DNA of 64,000 nucleotides from Phycisphaeraceae bacterium (GTDB lineage: Bacteria; Planctomycetota; Phycisphaerae; Phycisphaerales; UBA1924), in the NCBI GenBank assembly GCA_026128865.1, contig JAHCJE010000001.1, forward strand, positions 1,756 to 65,755, in the 5' to 3' direction. Below are positions 57,795-64,000 of the stretch, piece by piece. Within the stretch, counting starts at the first letter, position 1. Every line of letters starts with the position of its first letter. The position numbers and the translations under genes are program-made. The notes beneath the pieces are model-generated. The model searched no databases, had not been told where the DNA came from, and saw nothing but the letters and a program-made list of their open reading frames with translations.

Positions 57795-58030
57795 GTTCGG
57801 TGCTCCTGCCCCCCCGCCCAGTCTACCCGCCGGCGGGATGTTGGGCCACGTTCGGTAAGTTTGTGTCCGCCAACACTTTGCAATCAATACGGCCACTTTT
57901 CGCAGTATTGAAGGCCCGCGACGCCGCGCGTCGATACTCTGGCCATGTCGGCCAGGCGCCCCGCCGGAGCGTCGGCCGACAGGGAGGCCCGGCTCCGAAT
58001 TCCGGGCGGCGTTGGTGGGAGGTCCGTTCG

Positions 58031-58327
58031 ATGTTCAACCTTGCTCCGGTGGGGGGCACGCAGGCGGGCCGATCAGCCGAGGGGGTCGCCTCTTCGGCCG
58101 GGGACAGGGTTCGCCAGCCGGTTGAGGTGTCAGCACCCGTCCGGCCGGGCGACAGGGTCGAGGTCTCTCGCCTCTCCGTTCTCATGAGCCGCCTCCGCGA
58201 CATGCCCGACATCCGTCAGGATATCGTCGACCGCCTCCGCCACGAGATCGAGACCGGGGTCTACCCGACCGCCGAACGCCTCGACGCGGCCCTCGACGCG
58301 CTTCTCGACGACATCAGCCCGGAATAG
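58031..58327 (+). CDS. flgM: Flagellar anti-sigma-28 factor FlgM
   Basis: DRVEVS...PDIRQDIVDRLRHEIETGVY...LDAALDALL; GGAGG RBS. Confidence 0.85.
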   Translation: MFNLAPVGGTQAGRSAEGVASSAGDRVRQPVEVSAPVRPGDRVEVSRLSVLMSRLRDMPDIRQDIVDRLRHEIETGVYPTAERLDAALDALLDDISPE

Positions 58328-59144
58328 ACCCGAGCGAGGCCGTCAGGAACTCCACCATCGCAATCTTGGCGTCGTTCGAGAACCTACCGAACCCGGCGTG
58401 CTCCTCCGGCGCGCCCGTCTCGCTGAACGTGACCAGCCGAACCTGCCCCGGGTCCGCTCCCGCGGCGGCGTAGTGCGCCCGCAGATCGTCGATGAACGCC
58501 CGCTGCGTCTCGAAGGCGACCATGCGGTCCCCCGTCGCGTGGATCGCCATGAAAGGGATCGGCCTCCAGCCCGCCAGGTGCCGCGACGGGTCAAGCCGTT
58601 CGACACGCTCCCTCGGGTGGTCGATCGGCCACGCCTTCCGCCCCGAGCCGGGCGGCGGGAAGTAGAGGTCCGTCAACCGGCCGCTCGTCGCCTCGACGAA
58701 CGCGGCCGCGAACGGGTGCGGCTCGCACAGCCTGCGCAGCGTGATCATCCCGCCCGCCGACATTCCGCCGATGGCGAGCCGCGCTGAATCGAACACGCCG
58801 CCGTGTTCGACTGCCTGAAGCGCGCGCACGACCGAGTCGATCTCGCCGACCGCCTGCTCGACGACGTCGAGTGTGTGCCTCGGGTCGTGCATGCGCGGGC
58901 CGTCACGTTCGCCGTGCCCCGGCAGGTCGATCGCGCAGACGGCGATGCCCGCGCGGATCAGCCGCAGATAGCGCCCGGGGTCGAGTTCCTTGCTGACGGT
59001 GCGCCCGTGCAGCCAGACGAGCGTCGGCGCGGGGCGCGACCAGTCCGGGTGCGCGAGCATCGCGGGGATGGCTGTCGCGCCGAGCCGCGCTGAACGGGCC
59101 TGATCCGCAAGGGCCTTGGGAAACTGTGCAAAGCGCGGGTGCAT
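58314..59144 (-). CDS. Alpha/beta hydrolase (esterase)
   Basis: VWLHG, IDLPGHGER, GGMSAGG nucleophile elbow, HATGDRMV, EEH. Confidence 0.85.
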   Translation of the reverse strand: MHPRFAQFPKALADQARSARLGATAIPAMLAHPDWSRPAPTLVWLHGRTVSKELDPGRYLRLIRAGIAVCAIDLPGHGERDGPRMHDPRHTLDVVEQAVGEIDSVVRALQAVEHGGVFDSARLAIGGMSAGGMITLRRLCEPHPFAAAFVEATSGRLTDLYFPPPGSGRKAWPIDHPRERVERLDPSRHLAGWRPIPFMAIHATGDRMVAFETQRAFIDDLRAHYAAAGADPGQVRLVTFSETGAPEEHAGFGRFSNDAKIAMVEFLTASLGSIPG

Positions 59145-59237
59145 CCGCGTCAGGATAGGAAGCGGCCTGTTCGCGCATGAGCGAGGTGAACCTGAGACGA
59201 GCGCAGGTCTGCGATCGATGCAGATCGCGCGCGGCGA

Positions 59238-60668
59238 TTACAGGGCGATCCGTGCCGCGCGACGAATCTGAAGATGCGGGGCAATCCCAGCGACATCGCC
59301 GGCTTCAATCGCGGTTATCGGGCTGAGTTCGATCGTACAGTCAGGCGTCGTCGCGTCCTTCCAAGGGACACGCACACCCGCGGCTTCGAGCCAACGAGCG
59401 GCGCGGAGTGTCTGGATGTCGCGGCTGGTCCGCGGGCTATCCACTCCGTCGGCGTTCTTGATGGGGGCGAACTCCTCCGTGCGGTCCGCCTCGTAGACGA
59501 TCGACGCGCGCGCGAGCGGGATGGCATCGAAGACAAAGCGCTCGAGTTTCACGGCGTTCGGCTCGCGTGGCTCGATGCGCTCGCCTGTGTCGGGGTCGAT
59601 GCACGGCACCTTCTTCTCGGCCCTGTGCCAGGGGAGTGCGAAGGCGGGATCGGAGTTCAACCGCTCGACGAACTCAACGCTGAGGATGTGGATCGCGGGG
59701 CTGCCGGCCAGGAAGCGGAGGCGGCCATCGGGGAGGCGTTCTCGCTGCCGCTCGATGGGAAGGTCGGAATACTCGATGATGCGCACCCTCCCGCCGGCGA
59801 CGCAGAATATACCGAGCTTCTCTTCGGGGTAGGCCTTGGCGAGCATTTTGCTCGACATCTCGGAGGAGGAGTCCGGCGCCGTGGCGTGCAGGCCCAGGAA
59901 GACCGGGTCGGCAACGCGAACGATGGGGTTATCGACCTGGAAGTAGCTGATGTGCTCGACGCCGCGTCGGCGCATGTCCTCGAGCGCACCGGAAACCTCC
60001 AGTGCGAGAAGCGATCCGCCGTGACCGTCGGGGTTCGTGGCGATCTCGCCGGGCGAGGCGAGCAGGATGCGCCCCGTTTGCAGGTCGAAACTGGGCATGG
60101 TGCCCTGGGGAAAGAACATCACGGCGTCGCGCCGCAGACCGAAATAGTCGCGATCTTCAAAGAACGCGACGGTGGCGTCATGGTTCAACGGGCTTGTCAT
60201 GACGTACCAGGGCGGGAGCACGCCGTATTTCTCGCCCGTCTTGCGGATGCCCTCGGCGAAGAACTGGAAGAGCGGCCTGCCCGTGACAGCGCCGGCGGGA
60301 TAACAGCCCTTCGGGCCGTCGTAGCCGAGTCGCGTGCCCTGGCCTCCAGCCACGGTGAAACACGCGACCTTGCCGGCGCGGAGCAATCTCTCACCCGCGG
60401 CGCGGAAGGCATCGCTGTCCCACGGGCGGACGGGCGATGCGGGATCGTGGGGGTAGTAGGGTGCGGGTTCGATGTCGGGAGGCAGGTCGATCGGCGGTTT
60501 GCCGAGCACGTAGTCACGCACGAGCACGGGGAGGGATTCAAGGTCGATCGACTCGATTTGAGTGAGGAGCGAATGCTGCGCGTCCGATGTGAGCCGATCG
60601 TAGAAGTTCAGAAGGTGCGGCTGTCCGGCTCGTTGGAGCCGCTGGCGGAGTGCGTGGAAGTCGGCCAT
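59238..60668 (-). CDS. UDPGP-family UDP-N-acetylglucosamine pyrophosphorylase (eukaryote-type)
   Basis: AGGQGTRLGYDGPKG, PWYVMTS, PDGHGG, QVDNP, EYSD, KLERFVFD, EFAPIKN. Confidence 0.93.
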   Translation of the reverse strand: MADFHALRQRLQRAGQPHLLNFYDRLTSDAQHSLLTQIESIDLESLPVLVRDYVLGKPPIDLPPDIEPAPYYPHDPASPVRPWDSDAFRAAGERLLRAGKVACFTVAGGQGTRLGYDGPKGCYPAGAVTGRPLFQFFAEGIRKTGEKYGVLPPWYVMTSPLNHDATVAFFEDRDYFGLRRDAVMFFPQGTMPSFDLQTGRILLASPGEIATNPDGHGGSLLALEVSGALEDMRRRGVEHISYFQVDNPIVRVADPVFLGLHATAPDSSSEMSSKMLAKAYPEEKLGIFCVAGGRVRIIEYSDLPIERQRERLPDGRLRFLAGSPAIHILSVEFVERLNSDPAFALPWHRAEKKVPCIDPDTGERIEPREPNAVKLERFVFDAIPLARASIVYEADRTEEFAPIKNADGVDSPRTSRDIQTLRAARWLEAAGVRVPWKDATTPDCTIELSPITAIEAGDVAGIAPHLQIRRAARIAL

Positions 60669-60805
60669 GGCGTGAGGGTAGCAGGTGGTTCGGTACCGGC
60701 GGACGCTGGGAGAGCATCGAGGAGCCCGAACCGAGAGGGCTGATCGGACGCTGATGTTGAGCGTTGGTACGATGCCCCCCCGCGGGGCGTGTGGAGGGTT
60801 ACGGG

Positions 60806-62608
60806 ATGGGATGGGAAGCCTGGCTGACCGGGGCGTTGCTGGTGGGGATGCTCGCCGCGCTCGTCGCCGGCCGGTGGGGGCCTGACATCATCCTCATGGG
60901 CGTGCTGGTGACGCTCCTGCTCGCGGGCATCATCGACGCCGGCGAGGCCGTCCGCGGCTTCAGCAACGGCGGCGTCATTACGGTCGCCATGCTCTACGTC
61001 GTCGCGGCCGGCATGCGCGAGACCGGCGCGATCAACCTCATCGCCGGCCCGATGCTCAAAAAGGCAAAGTCCGTCGTGTCTGCCCAGGCGCGGATGGTGC
61101 TTCCGGTGGTCGGCCTCTCCGCCTTCATCAACAACACGCCCATCGTCGCCATGCTCATGCCCGCCATCGACGGGTTCTCCAAGCGATCGGGCATCCCGGC
61201 AAGCAAACTCATGCTCCCGCTCTCCTACGCGTCGATCTTCGGGGGCGTCTGCACGCTCATCGGCACCAGCACCAACGTCGTCGTCGCGGGCATGATGAGC
61301 CACGCGGACGTGCGCGATACCCTGGGCGACCCGGTTCGTCTCAGCATGTTCACCATCACTTGGGTCGGTGTGCCGATGGCGATCGTTGGCATTGCCTACA
61401 TCCTGCTGTTCAGCAAGTGGCTCCTCCCCGACCGCTCCAGCCCCGAGCAGGCGGGGCAGGAGCAGAGCCGCAAGTACCTCGCCGCGATGCGCCTGACCGA
61501 AGGCTCGCCACTCGCGGGCAAGACGGTGGAGGGTGCGGGGTTGCGCTCGCTGCCTGGCCTCTTCCTCAGCCGCATCGACCGCGCCGACTCGACCGTCATC
61601 GCCGTCGGCCCGGAGGAGACACTGTGCGCCGGCGACGTGCTCGTGTTCGTCGGCCGACTCGACTCGCTCGTCGACCTCCAGCAGTTCAAGGGCCTCGAAC
61701 CCATCGCCGACGAGGAAGGCGGAAGCGGCTACAGGCCCAACCTCCGCCTCGTCGAGGCCGTGGTCTCGCCCGCGTCCCCTCTCGTCGGCAGCACCGTCCG
61801 CAGCGCGGGCATCCGCACACGCTACGGCGCGGTCGTCGTCGCCGTACACCGCCAGGGCTACCGCCTCCGCGGCAAGATCGGCGACATCCGCCTGCGCCCC
61901 GGCGACACGCTCCTCCTCGAGGCCCCGCAGGGGTTCGCCAAGCAGTACCGCGACTCGACCGACTTCATGCTCGTGAGCGAGGCCGCTCAGACCGCCGCAC
62001 TCCGACACGAACGGGCCTGGATCGCCATGGGCATCGTGCTCGCCGTCGTCGTCGCCATCTCGACCGGCTGGCTCGACCCGATGGTCGCGGCGATGGCCGG
62101 CGCGGGGCTGATGATCCTCACGCGCTGCTGCACGGGGCCGCAGGCGCGCCGATCCGTCGACTTCCAGGTGCTCATCGTCATCGCCGCCGCCTTCGGCATC
62201 GAGCGCGCCATGAGCAAGACCGGCCTCGCCTCCTGGATCGCGCACGGCGTGGTCGACGCGACAGCCGATCTCGGCCCGTGGGCGCTCCTCGCCGTCACCT
62301 TCGCCGTCACCACCTTCTTCACGTGCATCATCACCAACAACGCCGCCGCAGTGCTCATGTTCCCCATCGCCCTCGGCATCACGCAGGAGGCGGGCCTGAA
62401 CTTCCTCCCCTTCGCCGTCGTCATTGCCGTCGCCGCCAGTTGCGAGTTCTCCACTCCCATCGGCTACCAGACCAACCTCATGGTCATGGGCCCCGGCGGG
62501 TACAAGTGGATCGACTACACACGCTTCGGCGGCCCGCTCACCATCCTCTGCGGCATCGTCTGCGTCGCCCTCGCGCCGTTCGTCTACGGGCCGCTCGTCG
62601 CACAATGA
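60806..62608 (+). CDS. SLC13/DASS family permease with TrkA-C domains
   Basis: SAFINNTP, GGVCTLIGTSTN, two RCK-C repeats, TNNAAA, TPIGYQTNLMVMGPGGY. Confidence 0.93.
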   Translation: MGWEAWLTGALLVGMLAALVAGRWGPDIILMGVLVTLLLAGIIDAGEAVRGFSNGGVITVAMLYVVAAGMRETGAINLIAGPMLKKAKSVVSAQARMVLPVVGLSAFINNTPIVAMLMPAIDGFSKRSGIPASKLMLPLSYASIFGGVCTLIGTSTNVVVAGMMSHADVRDTLGDPVRLSMFTITWVGVPMAIVGIAYILLFSKWLLPDRSSPEQAGQEQSRKYLAAMRLTEGSPLAGKTVEGAGLRSLPGLFLSRIDRADSTVIAVGPEETLCAGDVLVFVGRLDSLVDLQQFKGLEPIADEEGGSGYRPNLRLVEAVVSPASPLVGSTVRSAGIRTRYGAVVVAVHRQGYRLRGKIGDIRLRPGDTLLLEAPQGFAKQYRDSTDFMLVSEAAQTAALRHERAWIAMGIVLAVVVAISTGWLDPMVAAMAGAGLMILTRCCTGPQARRSVDFQVLIVIAAAFGIERAMSKTGLASWIAHGVVDATADLGPWALLAVTFAVTTFFTCIITNNAAAVLMFPIALGITQEAGLNFLPFAVVIAVAASCEFSTPIGYQTNLMVMGPGGYKWIDYTRFGGPLTILCGIVCVALAPFVYGPLVAQ

Positions 62609-62610
62609 GC

Positions 62611-62745
62611 GACAGTGGACAGTTGAACGTGGACATGAGGCAGGCCGAAGGCCGAAGGGCAGAGGCCGAAGTCTCGACTCACGCCCCGCGCCCCTCCGGC
62701 CTCCCCTCCTCCGCCCTCCGCCCTCTCCTCCTCCGCCCTTCCTCA
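62611..62745. repeat. Degenerate heptamer tandem arrays (purine-rich arm and pyrimidine-rich arm)
   Basis: GACAGTG GACAGTT GAACGTG GACATGA; AGGCCGA AGGCCGA AGGGCAG AGGCCGA; then GCCCTCC-type units. Confidence 0.65.
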
Positions 62746-62914
62746 ATCCCGCCCGCCGGGGGGCCGATACTCCCCGTGAACCGAGCGGCCGTAGAGTCCG
62801 TACTGCGGTGGCCGGGACTGCACGGGGCTTTGTACGGGTCCTGAAAGGCCCCGCCCCGCCAGTGCCTCCGAGGCATCATCAACGATGATCCATCGAACGC
62901 GAGAGGAGTGAGCC

Positions 62915-63940
62915 GTGGCTGGGAAGAACGGGCTGATCGTGGTGACGGGCGGCGGCGGGTTCATCGGCGGCTGGCTCGTCCGGCACTTCCTCGAGCAGGG
63001 ACACACCAACGTCCGCTCCGTGGACATCAAGCCCCTCGACGAGTGGTACCAGGTCCACGACGGCGTCGACAACGTCGTTGCCGACCTCAAGGACCTCGGC
63101 AACTGCCGCCGGGCCTGCGCCGGCGCGGCCGACGTCTACCAACTCGCCGCGGACATGGGCGGCATGGGCTTCATCGAGAACAACAAGGCCCTGTGCATGC
63201 TCAGCGTGCTCATCAACACCCACATGCTCCTCGCCGCCGAGGACGCGGGCGTCAAGCGGTTCTTCTACTCCTCCTCCGCCTGCGTCTACAACGCCGACAA
63301 GCAGAAGTCCGAGGACGTCGTCCCCCTGCGCGAAGAGGACGCCTACCCCGCCATGCCCGAGGACGGCTACGGCTGGGAGAAACTCTTCAGCGAGCGCATG
63401 TGCCGGCACTTCCGCGAGGACTTCGGAACCTACACCCGCGTCGCCCGCTTCCACAACGTCTACGGCCCCTACGGCACTTGGGACGGCGGACGCGAGAAGG
63501 CCCCAGCCGCCATCTGCCGCAAGGTCATCCACGCCAAGGCCACCGGCAAGCACGAGATCGAGATCTGGGGCGACGGCCACCAGACCCGCTCCTTCATGTA
63601 CATCGACGACTGCATCAAGGGCATCCGCATGTTCATGGACGGGGACTGCGTCGAGCCGCTCAACCTCGGCTCCAACGAACTCGTCACCATCAACGGCCTC
63701 GTGGACATCGTCGAAGACATCGCCGGCGTCAAGCTCAACCGAAAGTACAACCTCAACGCCCCCAAGGGCGTCAACGGACGCAACTCCGACAACACCCTCA
63801 TCAAGAAGCACTTCGGCTGGGAGCCGGGCATCCGCCTCCGCGAGGGAATGCGCAAGACCTACGACTGGATCGTCGGCGAGTACAACCGCCAGCACGGCAC
63901 GAGCGTCCCGACCAGCGATGCCGCGCACGCCCGCGCCTGA
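62915..63940 (+). CDS. NAD-dependent epimerase, GDP-mannose 3,5-epimerase-like
   Basis: TGGGGFIG, LAADMGGMGFI, YSSSACVY, YGWEK, RFHNVYGPYGTWDGGREKAPAAICRK. Confidence 0.9.
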   Translation: MAGKNGLIVVTGGGGFIGGWLVRHFLEQGHTNVRSVDIKPLDEWYQVHDGVDNVVADLKDLGNCRRACAGAADVYQLAADMGGMGFIENNKALCMLSVLINTHMLLAAEDAGVKRFFYSSSACVYNADKQKSEDVVPLREEDAYPAMPEDGYGWEKLFSERMCRHFREDFGTYTRVARFHNVYGPYGTWDGGREKAPAAICRKVIHAKATGKHEIEIWGDGHQTRSFMYIDDCIKGIRMFMDGDCVEPLNLGSNELVTINGLVDIVEDIAGVKLNRKYNLNAPKGVNGRNSDNTLIKKHFGWEPGIRLREGMRKTYDWIVGEYNRQHGTSVPTSDAAHARA

Positions 63941-63946
63941 GCGCAC

Positions 63947-64000
63947 TCACGCCCGCCACACGTCCAGATTCACGCCCAGCAGCGCCTCGACGCGCTCCGT
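63947..64000 (-). CDS. 3' end of a CDS entering from beyond the window, possibly another sulfotransferase
   Basis: TERVEALLGVNLDVWRA* resembles the LExLLGxDLSxW C-terminus of bacterial sulfotransferases; only 17 codons visible. Confidence 0.35.
   Translation of the reverse strand, partial: TERVEALLGVNLDVWRA

Noticed and set aside
59238-60668. Eukaryote-type UDP-GlcNAc pyrophosphorylase as evidence of recent horizontal transfer
   Set aside because: This family is already known in PVC-group and other bacteria, and base composition is not notably foreign

Overview
GC-rich bacterial DNA, most likely from a planctomycete of the Phycisphaerales. This is inferred from the C-terminal GC-type dockerin (ADFNGD..NTLDVLAFLNA..GC) anchors, an ERLEPRVLLA (LEPR-XLL) secretion motif and a eukaryote-type UDP-GlcNAc pyrophosphorylase. 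Layout: (1) 1-2.7 kb: a putative light/oxidative-stress module (SRPBCC, DUF378, fasciclin) divergent from a BldC-type HTH/cobalamin-binding regulator whose lower-ligand His is replaced by Tyr, with 9-bp phased repeats over a sigma70-like promoter. (2) 2.7-12.4 kb: FG-GAP adhesin, GT4, M20 amidohydrolase, CMD protein, a frameshifted alkaline-phosphatase-family gene and a PRTase/hydrolase pair. (3) 12.5-24.2 kb: a glycosylation island (reversed HldE-like enzyme, Maf-N/CgeB-like GT, GT2/GT4s, methyltransferase). (4) 24.5-28 kb: three dockerin-anchored secreted proteins, the first broken. (5) 28-48 kb: a Wzx/Wzy-type exopolysaccharide locus with four sulfotransferases, three tandem WcaF-like acetyltransferases, a formyltransferase and a deacetylase, interrupted by a Fic gene. 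(6) 48.6-58.3 kb: mntR, a thioredoxin-like protein lacking CxxC, STAS, NeuA, a ~1200-aa Maf/SpsF-like/radical SAM-SPASM fusion lacking its Fe-S cysteines, and flgM. (7) 58.3-64 kb: esterase, UAP, SLC13 permease and a plant-like GDP-mannose 3,5-epimerase. Degenerate 7-9-bp tandem repeats, some forming long hairpins, recur at gene junctions and once in-frame inside a gene. No rRNA, tRNA, CRISPR array or transposase was seen. All product calls come from motif recognition by eye; no database searches were run.
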